A stretch of DNA of 62,558 nt, filler included. It is 4 parts of 4 records of this genome, joined end to end, with 100 filler letters (N's around TTAATTAATTAA, not from the genome) between each part and the next. Parts side by side here need not be neighbours in the genome. Positions count along the whole stretch, not along the records: positions 1 to 27,836 come from SRR20825010_1336; 3 more parts are not named here. One strand, written 5' to 3'. Positions 9,256 to 19,300 of the stretch are shown here, in pieces (position 1 is the first letter of the stretch; each line of letters starts with the position of its first letter). The position numbers and the translations under genes are program-made. Under the pieces are notes generated by a model. The model ran no database searches and had not been told where the DNA came from. It saw nothing but the letters and a program-made list of their open reading frames with translations.

Positions 9256-11189
9256 TGGCGCTGATTGAACTGGCTGGCATTCGTAAGCGCTATCCTGCCG
9301 GTGAGCAAGAGGTGGAAGTGCTGCACGGCATCGACCTGTCCATCGACGCGGGGGAATTCGTGGCGATCATGGGCAGCTCCGGCTCCGGTAAATCCACCCT
9401 GATGCACATTCTGGGTTGCCTGGATCAACCCAGCGACGGCGCTTACCGCTTTGCCGGGCGGGCGGTGACGGACATGGACCACGAGCAACTGGCCTGGCTG
9501 CGTCGGGAGATGTTCGGTTTCGTGTTCCAGAGCTATCACCTGATAGGCACTGCCAGCGCCTGGGAAAATGTGGCCTTGCCGGCCATTTATGCGGGGCTGT
9601 CCCGGGATGATCGCAAGCAACGGGCGCAGGCCCTGCTCAGTGATCTGGGGTTGCACGACAAACTGGAAAACCGGCCCAACCAATTATCCGGTGGCCAGCA
9701 GCAGCGGGTGTCCATTGCCCGTGCATTGATGAATGGCGGCAAGGTGATTCTCGCCGATGAGCCCACTGGTGCGCTGGACAGTGTTAGTGGCGAGGCGGTG
9801 ATGGGCCAGCTCAAGGCGCTGGCGGAACAGGGCCACACGGTGATCGTGATTACCCATGACGCGGCAGTGGCCGAACATGCAGACCGGATAGTGGAAATCC
9901 GCGACGGTAACGTGATTGATGATCGTCGTCGCCGCCCGCACCGGGTAGAAGCGGCCCATGCGGTGCCGGAACCGCCGCAGGAAAGCCGCTTTCCCGACCT
10001 GGGTGAAGTGCTGGAATCGGTAGTAATGGCGTTGCGCTCATTACACGCCAACTGGCTGCGCACTTTACTTACCTTGCTTGGCATCGTGATCGGCGTGGGG
10101 TCGGTCGTCGTGATGCTGGCTATTGGTCAGGGCGCCAAGGAAGACGTGGTGGCGCGCATTGGCGAGCGTGGCGTGAACCTGCTGGTGATCCGGCCGGACC
10201 GGGGGCAGCAGCGTGTTGCCGACGGGGTGATCGCCACCCTGGTGCCGGAGGATGCCGACGCCCTGAAAGCCCTGCCCAATATTCGCGTTGCCGTGCCGGA
10301 AATTTCCGGCAGCGTGACAGCCCGGGCCAACGGCAAGGACATTTCTACCAGTGTGCAGGCGGTGAGTGCGGAGTACCCCAGCTTGCGCGACTGGCAGCCG
10401 GTGCAAGGGGTGTATTTCAACAGCAGTGATGAAGCCAGCTACGCGCCGGTGGCAGTGATTGGGCAGACGGTGAAAGACAACCTGTTCCCGGACAGTGATC
10501 CTTTGGGCCAGTTTCTGTTGCTCGACAGCATCCCGTTTCAGGTTATTGGAGTAATGGGTAGTCAGGGGGCCACCGACTGGGGAGACGATCAGGACGATGT
10601 GGTGTTCGTGCCCTTGTCGACCGGCACCCTGCGGCTGTTCGGCCAGAATTATCTGCGTTCCATCACCCTGGCAGTGGATGACGTTACCGCCATCGATGAG
10701 ACCGAAACCGCAGCGGTTAACCTGTTGACCCAGCGTCACGGTAAGGAGGATGTGCGTGTTTTCAATATGGCGTCCTTGCTGGATATGGTCTCGGAAACCC
10801 AGAACACCCTGACGTTGCTGTTGGGCTCCATCGCGGCGATTTCATTATTGGTGGGGGGGATCGGAGTGATGAACATCATGCTGGTGAGTGTCACAGAGCG
10901 CATTCACGAAATTGGTATCCGCATGGCCACCGGCGCTCGTCAGCGCAATATCCTGCAGCAGTTTCTTACCGAAGCGGTGGTGGTGTCTGCGCTGGGCGGA
11001 GTGATCGGTGTGGTGATTGGGGTTTTGGTGGGCTGGCTGCTGGACGCTTTCGGCATGGCCATTGTGTTCTCGGTATCGGTGATGGTGGCTGCTTTTGTTT
11101 GCGCCGCTGGCATCGGCCTGTTGTTTGGCTTTGCCCCCGCGTTGAAGGCCGCACGTCTGAATCCTGTGGAGGCACTCAGTAATGACTAA
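9255..11189 (+). CDS. macB: MacB-family ABC transporter ATPase-permease fusion
   Basis: Walker [45 protein letters not shown]. Confidence 0.95.
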   Translation: MALIELAGIRKRYPAGEQEVEVLHGIDLSIDAGEFVAIMGSSGSGKSTLMHILGCLDQPSDGAYRFAGRAVTDMDHEQLAWLRREMFGFVFQSYHLIGTASAWENVALPAIYAGLSRDDRKQRAQALLSDLGLHDKLENRPNQLSGGQQQRVSIARALMNGGKVILADEPTGALDSVSGEAVMGQLKALAEQGHTVIVITHDAAVAEHADRIVEIRDGNVIDDRRRRPHRVEAAHAVPEPPQESRFPDLGEVLESVVMALRSLHANWLRTLLTLLGIVIGVGSVVVMLAIGQGAKEDVVARIGERGVNLLVIRPDRGQQRVADGVIATLVPEDADALKALPNIRVAVPEISGSVTARANGKDISTSVQAVSAEYPSLRDWQPVQGVYFNSSDEASYAPVAVIGQTVKDNLFPDSDPLGQFLLLDSIPFQVIGVMGSQGATDWGDDQDDVVFVPLSTGTLRLFGQNYLRSITLAVDDVTAIDETETAAVNLLTQRHGKEDVRVFNMASLLDMVSETQNTLTLLLGSIAAISLLVGGIGVMNIMLVSVTERIHEIGIRMATGARQRNILQQFLTEAVVVSALGGVIGVVIGVLVGWLLDAFGMAIVFSVSVMVAAFVCAAGIGLLFGFAPALKAARLNPVEALSND

Positions 11190-12585
11190 GGCAATGAACA
11201 AGGTGGCATGGGTGACGGTTTTTGTTCTGTTATCCGGCTGCGCCATGCGGTCCGGACTGGAGGCGCCCGAACAAAGCATGCCGGCACAGTGGCTTAACCA
11301 GCAGCAGGCCAGCGAAGCCATGGTGCATCACCCGCAATGGTGGCAGCAGTTCAACAGTGCGGAACTGGATCGGTTGGTGGACCAGGCGTTGGCGGCCAAC
11401 ACGGATTTACTGGCGGCGACGGCGCGGGTCGAGCAGGCGGATGCGCAACTCAGTCAGGCCGGTTCGGCCCTGTTCCCGACCCTGGGATTGGGCGCCGGGG
11501 GCAGCCGCAGTGGTGTATTCGGCGAAAGCGGTAGCAGTGAAAGTTACAACGCCTCCGTGAGTGCCAGCTACGAGCTGGACCTGTGGGGGCAGCTTCGCAA
11601 TAGCCGTGATGTGGCGCGGGCCTCCCTGCTGGCCAGCCAGTTCAGTCGCGATACCGTGCAGCTCACCGTGATTGCCAGTGTGGTGAATACCTATCTGCAG
11701 GTACTGTATCTGCAGGACAACCTGGCGCTGTCGGAAGAAAACCTGGCGTTGGCCCAGCAAGTGCTGGAGGTGGTGCAGGCCAAGGTGGAGAACGGTGCTG
11801 TCTCCCCCCAGGATCTGGCCCAGCAGAAAACCGTGGTCGCCAATGTGAAAGCGCAGTTACCGTCCTTGCGTCACCAGTTGCGGCAAAGTCGCTATGCGCT
11901 GGCGGTATTGGTGGGAGAAATGCCACAGGCATTCCAGGTGGGCGGCGGTACCCTGAGCAACCTGCAGCTGCCGGAGATCCAGGCCGGTTTGCCGGATCAG
12001 GTGCTGGCCCAGCGCCCGGATATTGCCCAGGCCCAGGCCAGCCTGATGGCAGCGGACTATTCCGTGGCCGCCGCCCGGGCGGACTACTGGCCCTCCATCA
12101 CGCTCACTGGCAGTGGCGGTTATGCCAGCAGCGCCCTGTCGTCGTTGTTCAATGGCGATGCGGTGTACAGCCTGGGCGTGTCGTTGGCGCAAACCCTGTT
12201 TGATGGCGGCGCCCGCAATGCGCGGATCGATCAGAGCAAGGCTGCCTGGCAAGAGCAAGTGGCCAGTTATACCGGCACCTTGCTGGTGGCCCTGCAGGAA
12301 GTGGAACAATCGCTGAGTAATGTGCAGGGGTTGGCCGAGCAACAACAGTATCGTGAAGAGGCATACCGGCAAGCCGAGGAAGCCTATCGGGTGGCGCAGG
12401 TGCGCTATCAGGAAGGAGAAACCGAACTCACCGATGTGCTCAGCGCGCAAAGCAGCTTTAACAGTGCCCGCCAGAACAGCCTGGATCTGATCTATAACCA
12501 GTATCAGTCGCGCATCACCCTGTACCGGGTATTGGGTGAAGGGGGTGAGGGGGATGAAGGGAGCAAGGCGCCAGTGGAATCCTGA
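11182..12585 (+). CDS. Outer-membrane efflux lipoprotein (NodT/OpmQ/OprM family)
   Basis: Lipobox [26 protein letters not shown]. Confidence 0.92.
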   Translation: MTKAMNKVAWVTVFVLLSGCAMRSGLEAPEQSMPAQWLNQQQASEAMVHHPQWWQQFNSAELDRLVDQALAANTDLLAATARVEQADAQLSQAGSALFPTLGLGAGGSRSGVFGESGSSESYNASVSASYELDLWGQLRNSRDVARASLLASQFSRDTVQLTVIASVVNTYLQVLYLQDNLALSEENLALAQQVLEVVQAKVENGAVSPQDLAQQKTVVANVKAQLPSLRHQLRQSRYALAVLVGEMPQAFQVGGGTLSNLQLPEIQAGLPDQVLAQRPDIAQAQASLMAADYSVAAARADYWPSITLTGSGGYASSALSSLFNGDAVYSLGVSLAQTLFDGGARNARIDQSKAAWQEQVASYTGTLLVALQEVEQSLSNVQGLAEQQQYREEAYRQAEEAYRVAQVRYQEGETELTDVLSAQSSFNSARQNSLDLIYNQYQSRITLYRVLGEGGEGDEGSKAPVES

Positions 12586-12659
12586 TGTGGCCCTTGGTTT
12601 GCCGCGTCATCCACTAATCGACACAATACGGTGATCGACTCCAGCCTGTCAGGTCGCCC

Positions 12660-13568
12660 GTGCTGCCGCTTGTTTATCATCCCGAATACAGCTTTCCCTT
12701 TCCCGGCAAACACCGTTTCCCCATGGAGAAATTTGCTCGGCTGCATGGCCATCTGCGCAGCCGGGGCATTGCCCATGGTGATAACGAGTTCCGCCCCGGC
12801 CGGGCCAAGGCGACGCTGTTAAGTCAGGCTCACTGCCCGCAATACGTCTCGGCCATGGTGGACGGGACGCTGGATGCCAGGGCGCTACGTCGCATGGGGT
12901 TGCCGTGGAGCGAAGCCTTGATGAAACGCTCCTGCATTGCGCCCATGGGCACCTTGATGACCGCGCAGCTGGCACTGCAGCAGGGTATCGCCTGTCATCT
13001 GGCCGGCGGCACCCATCACGCCCACTACGATTTCGGTTCCGGCTTCTGCATCTTCAATGATCAGGCATTTGCGGTGCGTCAGTTACTGGACCGGGGCGTG
13101 GTGAAAAAAGCACTGATGTTTGATTGCGATGTGCATCAGGGCGATGGCACCGCAGCCATGCTGGCTGATGAGCCTCGGGCGTTTACCTGCTCCATTCATT
13201 GCGAGAAAAACTTTCCGGTACGCAAGATGAAAAGCGACCTGGATGTGGGGTTACCGCTGGGCATGACGGACCAGGATTATCTGGATACGGTGTTTGAGAC
13301 GCTGGAGCAATTGCTGGATTGGGTGCAGCCGGATCTGGTTTTTTATGACGCCGGCGTGGATATCTTTCAGCACGATCCGTTGGGGCGCCTGCATATTTCC
13401 GAGCAGGGTATCGCCGATCGCGACCGGGGTGTCCTTGCCCGTTGCCGTCAGCGGAATGTTCCTGTGGCCACGGTGATCGGGGGCGGCTACGATGATGATC
13501 GTGACGCCCTGGCGCAGCGCCATGCCATCGTTGTTGAAGCTGCGTCTGAAGTACATTCCTTAGTGTAG
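12660..13568 (+). CDS. Histone-deacetylase-family (Zn-dependent) deacylase
   Basis: HRFPMEKF, GGTHHA, GFCIFND, DCDVHQGDGT, GGGY. Confidence 0.92.
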   Translation: MLPLVYHPEYSFPFPGKHRFPMEKFARLHGHLRSRGIAHGDNEFRPGRAKATLLSQAHCPQYVSAMVDGTLDARALRRMGLPWSEALMKRSCIAPMGTLMTAQLALQQGIACHLAGGTHHAHYDFGSGFCIFNDQAFAVRQLLDRGVVKKALMFDCDVHQGDGTAAMLADEPRAFTCSIHCEKNFPVRKMKSDLDVGLPLGMTDQDYLDTVFETLEQLLDWVQPDLVFYDAGVDIFQHDPLGRLHISEQGIADRDRGVLARCRQRNVPVATVIGGGYDDDRDALAQRHAIVVEAASEVHSLV

Positions 13569-13590
13569 GAGCGTCGCTGTCGGCGCGAAC
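13565..13590 (+). repeat. GTAG-type REP-like palindrome (copy 2)
   Basis: GTAGGA-GCGTCG-CTGT-CGGCGC-GAAC overlapping the HDAC stop codon. Confidence 0.55.
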
Positions 13591-13598
13591 AGCAGCCG

Positions 13599-13683
13599 CG
13601 AGTTTCGAGGAGCGAGTCTCGAAAAGCAAAACCTCAGAAAGCGAAATTTTCAGATTTTCGCAACTCGAAACTCGTGTCTCGAA
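13599..13683. repeat. Heptad-periodic imperfect palindromic element (family B, copy 1)
   Basis: Shares CGAGTTTCGAGGAGCGA and TTTTCGCAACTCG with 19641-19748. Confidence 0.7.
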
Positions 13684-13738
13684 TCTGGGTTATCGCGCCG
13701 CCAGCGACGCTCCTGCATAAGAACCTGGAGGTTCTTGC

Positions 13739-14122
13739 ATGTCCAAAGCCCTGTTGATCATGGCCCATGGCAGCCGCAGTGAAACGGCCAACGACGAGTT
13801 TCGTGCGCTGGTGGACACCGTGGCGGGATCTGCCCACGCCGCCGGGCAGGAGTACGTGGCCGTATTGCCCTGTTTTCTCGAGTTGGCGACTCCCTCTTTG
13901 ATTGAAGCGATTCAACAGCTGGAACATCAGCCGGTGAAAACCGTGCAGCTTTACCCGTTGTTCTTCAACAAGGGGAAACACGTGGGAAAGGATATTCCGG
14001 CACAAATTGAAGAGGCCCGCGAGCGTTTTCCTGATCTGGATATCGAATTGATGCACTATTTTGGCAGTGCCGTCGGGCTCGCACCGCTGGTGGTGCAACA
14101 TCTTCAGGAACAGGAAAACTGA
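13739..14122 (+). CDS. cbiX: Short CbiX/SirB-type sirohydrochlorin chelatase
   Basis: AHGSR, FLELATPS, PLFFNKGKHVGKDIP motifs; RBS GGAGG. Confidence 0.85.
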   Translation: MSKALLIMAHGSRSETANDEFRALVDTVAGSAHAAGQEYVAVLPCFLELATPSLIEAIQQLEHQPVKTVQLYPLFFNKGKHVGKDIPAQIEEARERFPDLDIELMHYFGSAVGLAPLVVQHLQEQEN

Positions 14123-14138
14123 CCCGGAACCGGCTGTC

Positions 14139-15395
14139 ATGGATGACATGGAAACCACGCTTCAACGGATTTTTGCCAGCGAATCCCGCCGGGTACTGGC
14201 GACGCTGATTCGTCTGCTGGGGGATTTCGATCTGGCAGAAGATGCCTTGCAGGAAGCGTTCGTCGCTGCCCTGCGGCAATGGCCGGAAGACGGCGTGCCA
14301 GATAATCCCCGTGCCTGGCTGGTCTCTGCGGGGCGCTTCAAGGCCATCGATCAGTTACGCCGCCGTGCCCGTTACGACGCGCTATTGCGTGAGCAGGCGG
14401 ATCACCTTGCCGCCCAGGCGACGGTGGAAATGGAGATAGAGAATGCGGCCATCGAGGATGACCGGCTGCGCCTGATCTTCACCTGTTGTCACCCGGGGCT
14501 GGCGCCGCAAGCCCAGGTGGCGCTGACATTACGGGAAGTGTGTGGGCTCACCACGGAAGCCATCGCCCGGGCCTTTCTCAGCAAACCCGCCACTGTGGCC
14601 CAGCGGATTGTTCGCGCCAAGGGCAAGATCCGCGATGCGAAAATTCCTTACGAGGTGCCGGAAGGCGCGGCATTGGCGGAGCGTCTGCAGTCGGTCCTGC
14701 AGGTGATCTATCTGGTGTTCAACGAGGGCTATCTGGCGTCGTCTGGCGAGCAGGCGCTGCGCCATGATCTCAGCGAGGAAGCGATTCGCCTGGCCGAGCT
14801 GGTGCTGGCCTTGCTGGCGGAACGCACCGACCAGCCCGACCCGGAGTGCCAGGGTTTGTTGGCGCTGATGCTGCTTCACCACGCCCGCCGAGCGACGCGC
14901 ACGGATGCTCAAGGCGAGCTGGTGTTGCTGGAAAACCAGCAGCGCAGTCTCTGGGACCGTCAGGAAATCCAGCGCGCGGATCAACTGGTGCGTCAGGCCT
15001 TGCTGTCACGGCGCTTCGGGCCTTATACCCTGCAGGCCGCCATTGCGGCAGTGCATGCACAGTCACCCAGCAGTGCAGAGACTGACTGGCAGGAAATCGT
15101 CGGGCTCTATGATCTGTTGATGCAGCATATGCCGACGCCCATCGTGGCGCTCAATCGGGCGGCGGCGCTGGCCATGCGTGATGGCCCGGAGGCCGGCTTG
15201 CAGGCACTGGCGCCGCTGATGGAGAACAAGGCCCTGCAAGGGTATCACCTGGCCCATGCCGCACTGGCAGATATGCACCGGCAATTAGGCCATCAGGACG
15301 CGGCGGTTCAGGCCTATACGCAAGCGCTGGTATTGGCGACGCAACCAGCGGAAAAACGCTTTCTGCAACAACGGCTTGCCGACCTTTCCGGGTAG
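14139..15395 (+). CDS. ECF42-type sigma factor with C-terminal TPR extension
   Basis: DFDLAEDALQEAF, DDRLRLIFTCCHP, IYLVFNEGY, GPYTLQAAIAAVH; adjacent DGPF/YciI gene. Start 14139 or 14148. Confidence 0.9.
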   Translation: MDDMETTLQRIFASESRRVLATLIRLLGDFDLAEDALQEAFVAALRQWPEDGVPDNPRAWLVSAGRFKAIDQLRRRARYDALLREQADHLAAQATVEMEIENAAIEDDRLRLIFTCCHPGLAPQAQVALTLREVCGLTTEAIARAFLSKPATVAQRIVRAKGKIRDAKIPYEVPEGAALAERLQSVLQVIYLVFNEGYLASSGEQALRHDLSEEAIRLAELVLALLAERTDQPDPECQGLLALMLLHHARRATRTDAQGELVLLENQQRSLWDRQEIQRADQLVRQALLSRRFGPYTLQAAIAAVHAQSPSSAETDWQEIVGLYDLLMQHMPTPIVALNRAAALAMRDGPEAGLQALAPLMENKALQGYHLAHAALADMHRQLGHQDAAVQAYTQALVLATQPAEKRFLQQRLADLSG

Positions 15396-15440
15396 CGGTT
15401 TTATCCGCGGCTAGCGGAATGTTGAAAAAAACAGGGGCGC

Positions 15441-15467
15441 TGTCGAAAGCGGGGTTTCAGGTTCGAC
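15441..15467 (+). promoter_or_regulatory. ECF42 target promoter
   Basis: TGTCGA-N17-CGAC, matching the reported ECF42 consensus (-35 TGTCGA, -10 CGA/TC), upstream of the SnoaL-like and DGPF genes. Confidence 0.75.
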
Positions 15468-15499
15468 TAATGTGAAAGTGACCCATAAAGGAGTTGGAC

Positions 15500-15946
15500 A
15501 TGAGCATTGAAGCAACCATCCAGGACCTGACTCGCCGCTGGCTGAAAGGCGCAGCCGATAATGATGTCGAGGCGATCATGGCCCTCTATCACCCGACTAT
15601 CCGCTCATTCGATGCCATTCTGGCTATTCAGGTATCTGGCGAGAAAGCGTATCGGACGCATTGGAAAAAATGCATGGAATCCTGCCCGGCGGAGCCGTTT
15701 TTCGAGATGCACGACCTGGTTGTGGAGGCATCCGATTCGCTGGTGGTGTCGCACAGCCTGACCCATTGCGGTGCCACCGTGGAAGGGGAAAAGCAGGGTG
15801 GCTGGATGCGCTGTACGCATGTGTGGAAACGCGATGGCGACCAGTGGAAGATTGTGCACGAACACTTTTCCTGCCCGTTCAATCCGGAGGACATGTCGCT
15901 GATTATGACCTGGCAACCGGAGCACACACCGGTACGTTTCAGCTAA
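15500..15946 (+). CDS. YybH/SnoaL-like NTF2-fold protein
   Basis: WMRCT..WKIVHEHFSCPF terminal motif; RBS AAGGAG. Confidence 0.85.
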   Translation: MSIEATIQDLTRRWLKGAADNDVEAIMALYHPTIRSFDAILAIQVSGEKAYRTHWKKCMESCPAEPFFEMHDLVVEASDSLVVSHSLTHCGATVEGEKQGGWMRCTHVWKRDGDQWKIVHEHFSCPFNPEDMSLIMTWQPEHTPVRFS

Positions 15947-15969
15947 CAGTCTGTTAAGGAGAGAGCGCG

Positions 15970-16368
15970 ATGAAATATCTGTGTCTGGTGTATTACAACG
16001 AAGCGGCCATGCAGGAGCGTGGTGATGATCACTGGCAATCGCTTAACAAGGAGTGCCAGTCCTACAGCGGCGGCTTGCAGGAGTCCGGCGTGATGCTGGA
16101 TGGCTCCGCCCTGCAACCGGTGTCCACGGCGACCACGGTGCGTTTGCGTGATGGGCAGGTGAGTGTCACCGATGGGCCCTTTGCGGAAACCAAGGAGCAA
16201 CTGGCGGGCTTTTACCTGATCGATGCCAATGACCTGAACGATGCGATCCGAGTGGCCAGCCGTATTCCGCCGGCACGCTATGGCAGCATCGAGGTGCGGC
16301 CGGTGCGTGACATCTACGGTGAGTCGTCGGATGCCGTGCCCTACGCCGAAGCGCTTGCGCAACGCTAA
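15970..16368 (+). CDS. YciI-family DGPF protein
   Basis: VTDGPFAETKEQLAGFYLI and GSIEVRP. Confidence 0.92.
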   Translation: MKYLCLVYYNEAAMQERGDDHWQSLNKECQSYSGGLQESGVMLDGSALQPVSTATTVRLRDGQVSVTDGPFAETKEQLAGFYLIDANDLNDAIRVASRIPPARYGSIEVRPVRDIYGESSDAVPYAEALAQR

Positions 16369-16376
16369 CCTTCGAA

Positions 16377-17537
16377 CTAGTCGAAGGTCTTCGCGAATAC
16401 CAAACCGCCCCACAGTACATTGCGGTCGCCCACGCCCTCTTTCAGTTCGGAGGTGTGGCCGCGCAGGACATAGCTGAGCCGATAGCCGTCGCTGAAGGCA
16501 TAGGTGTAACCCAGCCAGGCTTCGGCGACGCCATGGTTCACTTCGTCGCTGTCGTAGCGCACGTCGCTGTCCCGGAACTGGCCTTGCAGAAACGCATTGT
16601 AGGCGCGGCCGACCAGCGCGATGCCACCCCACACATAGTGCTCGTTGTCTTCACTGGTGGCGGTGGTGTTGTTGCGTTCACCATAGCGGGTCAGCTCCGG
16701 GTTGCTCTGCCACCAGGGGCTGCGCAGGCGCCCGGCGCGAAAGCTCAGGCTCCAGCGCGCTTCAGTGAGGTAACCCACGGAACCTTCCACGGTGCTTTTC
16801 ACTTCCAGATTGTCGCTGGAAATGGGCAGGGTCTTCTGCCGTGCCACCGCATAGCGAGCGGTGGGTTCGCCGCCATCGCTGATCTGGTGATCCCAGCCCT
16901 CCGCTTGTTCACTGCCGACGACCTTGTGCACACCATTTTGAATATTGCCGGCCAGGTCCAGCCCCAGGGCGCCCAGTGTCAGGGTACTGTGCCAGGCCAC
17001 CTGGTCGTCGGGGTTCACCTGCACGCGGCTGCTGGAAAGGTAGATCATGCTGGCATAGGGACGGTCGTCGTAGAGGGGCTCGGGCCGCTCTTTCTGTTCC
17101 GGGGTGAAACCGAAAATGCCGGCTTCAAAACTGTGGCCGCGAATCCGGCTACCGGACAGGCCATTGAGGCCCAGGGCGCGATCGATCCAGCCCAGCGGGG
17201 TGTCCAGGGAAAGCAGAAAATCCCGTGCCCGGGTGCCGGTGGCGGCCATGCTGAGGCCGTAGGTGTAATCCTGATCACGGCTGCCCGGCCCCAGCATGTC
17301 GTTATCCAGGGTCAGTGCCCAGCTGCCGTTTTCGCGCTCCTGCTCCGGTTGAGGGCGGGATTGGCGTGGGCGCATTTCGGCGAGTCCCGGGTCTGCGGCC
17401 CGGGCCAGCGGCGAGGCGGTGTCGGACAGGGACGCGGCAGCGGTCAGTGCCGGGCTCGCCAGCATGATGATCGCCAGTAAGCTGGCAACCCGGAAACCGG
17501 GGGAAGGAAAAAGGCTGTCGCGTGTGTTCTCTGTCAT
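16377..17537 (-). CDS. Lipid A deacylase LpxR family outer-membrane protein (DUF2219)
   Basis: LDND...DQDYTYG, FTP, DRPYA, IQNGVH, GWDHQI, YNAFLQG; aromatic C-terminus. Confidence 0.8.
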   Translation of the reverse strand: MTENTRDSLFPSPGFRVASLLAIIMLASPALTAAASLSDTASPLARAADPGLAEMRPRQSRPQPEQERENGSWALTLDNDMLGPGSRDQDYTYGLSMAATGTRARDFLLSLDTPLGWIDRALGLNGLSGSRIRGHSFEAGIFGFTPEQKERPEPLYDDRPYASMIYLSSSRVQVNPDDQVAWHSTLTLGALGLDLAGNIQNGVHKVVGSEQAEGWDHQISDGGEPTARYAVARQKTLPISSDNLEVKSTVEGSVGYLTEARWSLSFRAGRLRSPWWQSNPELTRYGERNNTTATSEDNEHYVWGGIALVGRAYNAFLQGQFRDSDVRYDSDEVNHGVAEAWLGYTYAFSDGYRLSYVLRGHTSELKEGVGDRNVLWGGLVFAKTFD

Positions 17538-17947
17538 GGCTCCGTGTCCGTCTCACTCCGGGAGCGCGCAAGCGGCTCGTCGGAACTGCAATTCAGTGAC
17601 GCGTACGGTATGCCCCGCACGCGCATGGTCGGTATCGCGTTGCTGGGCGGTTGTTGCCTGTTTCTACAGAGAGTTGTTGTTCTGCCAGCGGCAGCGGCGC
17701 CATTGTCGAGCCGCTGAGTGTTCAATAGGACTAGGATCCCCGATGACTGTTCGATGAAACAGTGCGACAGCGTTGGCCATTTAATCGAATTTTTCGATTT
17801 ATCCGGAACACGCCCTTATCTGCGGATGACATGATTCCCATCACTGCCGTCTTCTTCGGTCATTGAGCTTCGTTACCCAGGCGGCGTAGCCTCAGTGACA
17901 TATTCATGAGCTGACGCTCAACAGACAGTGATGAGAAGGAGAGCACG

Positions 17948-19114
17948 GTGGCAGAAGCATATATCGTAGCGGCGGTGCGTACCGCTGGTGGCAAGAAGAA
18001 CGGTCGGCTGAGCAAGGTACACCCGGCGGATATGGGCGGTCGCGTTATCGATGCCGTGGTCGAGCGCACCGGTGTGGCGCCGGAAAAAGTTGACGATGTG
18101 ATTTTGGGTTGTGTGAGCCAGATCGGCCCGCAGACCTTCAATGTGGCACGCACCTCCATCATGAGCTCCTGCCTGCCGGAGTCCGTGCCCGGGGTGACGA
18201 TCGATCGCCAGTGCGGCTCTTCCCAGCAGGCGATTCATTTTGCCGCCCAGGCGGTGATGAGTGGCACCCAGGACCTGGTGATTGCCGGCGGGGTGGAATC
18301 CATGAGCCAGGTGCCCATCGGTTCTCCGGTGATGGCCGTCAAGGAAATGGGTAACCCGTTTACCGGTGAGATCAGCAAGCGCTACCCGGGGGAAACCTTC
18401 AGCCAGTTCCATGGTGCCGAGCGCATGGCGGAGAAATACGGGGTGAGCAAGGCGGAGCTGGATCAGTTCGCCTACGACTCTCACAAACGTGGGGCGGCGG
18501 CTACCGAGGCGGGTCGCTTCAAGGATGAAATCATTCCGGTGCCGGTGACCCTGGAAGACGGTTCCCAGGAAGAGCATCTGGTCGATGAAGGCATCCGCTG
18601 GGAAGCGGAGCTGGATGCGATCAAGGCACTGCAGCCGCTGCAGGAAGGCGGTCACATCAGCGCCGCCAACGCCAGCCAGATTACCGATGGTGCCTCGGCG
18701 GTGATGATCGCCAGCGAAAAGGCGGTGAAGGAGCTGGGCCTGACGCCGCTGGCGCGTATTCACGCCATGGCGGTGGTGGGTTCTGACCCGACCATGGTGC
18801 TGGAAGGCCCGATCCCGGCCACCGAGAAAGTACTCAAGCAGGCCGGCATGACCATGGCGGATATCGACCTGTACGAAGTCAACGAAGCGTTCGGCTCCGT
18901 GCCGCTGGCCTGGATGAAGGCAGTGGGTGCAGACTACGAAAAACTGAACGTGAACGGTGGCGCCCAGGCGCTGGGCCACCCGCTGGGGGCCACCGGTTCC
19001 AAGCTGATGGGCACGCTGGTGTATGAGCTGAAACGCCGTGGCGGCAAGTACGGTCTGCTGGCCATCTGTGAAGGCCTGGGCACTGCTAACGCGACCATTA
19101 TCGAAGTGCTGTAA
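17948..19114 (+). CDS. Acetyl-CoA C-acyltransferase (thiolase)
   Basis: IDRQCGSSQQA, NEAF, GHPLGATG, ICEGLG; GTG start after AAGGAG. Confidence 0.95.
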   Translation: MAEAYIVAAVRTAGGKKNGRLSKVHPADMGGRVIDAVVERTGVAPEKVDDVILGCVSQIGPQTFNVARTSIMSSCLPESVPGVTIDRQCGSSQQAIHFAAQAVMSGTQDLVIAGGVESMSQVPIGSPVMAVKEMGNPFTGEISKRYPGETFSQFHGAERMAEKYGVSKAELDQFAYDSHKRGAAATEAGRFKDEIIPVPVTLEDGSQEEHLVDEGIRWEAELDAIKALQPLQEGGHISAANASQITDGASAVMIASEKAVKELGLTPLARIHAMAVVGSDPTMVLEGPIPATEKVLKQAGMTMADIDLYEVNEAFGSVPLAWMKAVGADYEKLNVNGGAQALGHPLGATGSKLMGTLVYELKRRGGKYGLLAICEGLGTANATIIEVL

Positions 19115-19127
19115 ACGTTGTCGCTGG

Positions 19128-19149
19128 AAGTGAAAAGTTGAAAATGGAA
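19128..19149. repeat. Heptad-periodic intergenic repeat (family A, inverted copy)
   Basis: AAGTGAAAAGTTGAAAA is the reverse complement of 7914-7930. Confidence 0.6.
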
Positions 19150-19213
19150 ACGCGGGCGGGCGTGTAGCGGGTCATCTGACATTCAGCTCCGTGCCTTCGC
19201 GTTTTTCAGCTTG

Positions 19214-19249
19214 AAAAAAGCCGCCCTGGTTTTCCGGGGCGGCTTTTTT
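19214..19249. terminator. Rho-independent terminator, bidirectional
   Basis: AAAAAA-GCCGCCCTGG-TTTT-CCGGGGCGGC-TTTTTT after the thiolase. Confidence 0.9.
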
Positions 19250-19300
19250 GGGTTCATCGCGGAATGGAGTGATCAGCCAGCTTCAGAACTTGTCGCATTA

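Noticed and set aside
17534-17725. 63-aa ORF overlapping the lpxR start (ATGA) as a leader peptide
   Set aside because: No recognisable RBS or protein-like features; the overlap could be chance.
17704-17730. Second TGTCGA as an ECF42 promoter
   Set aside because: No CGAC/CGTC at the expected spacing.
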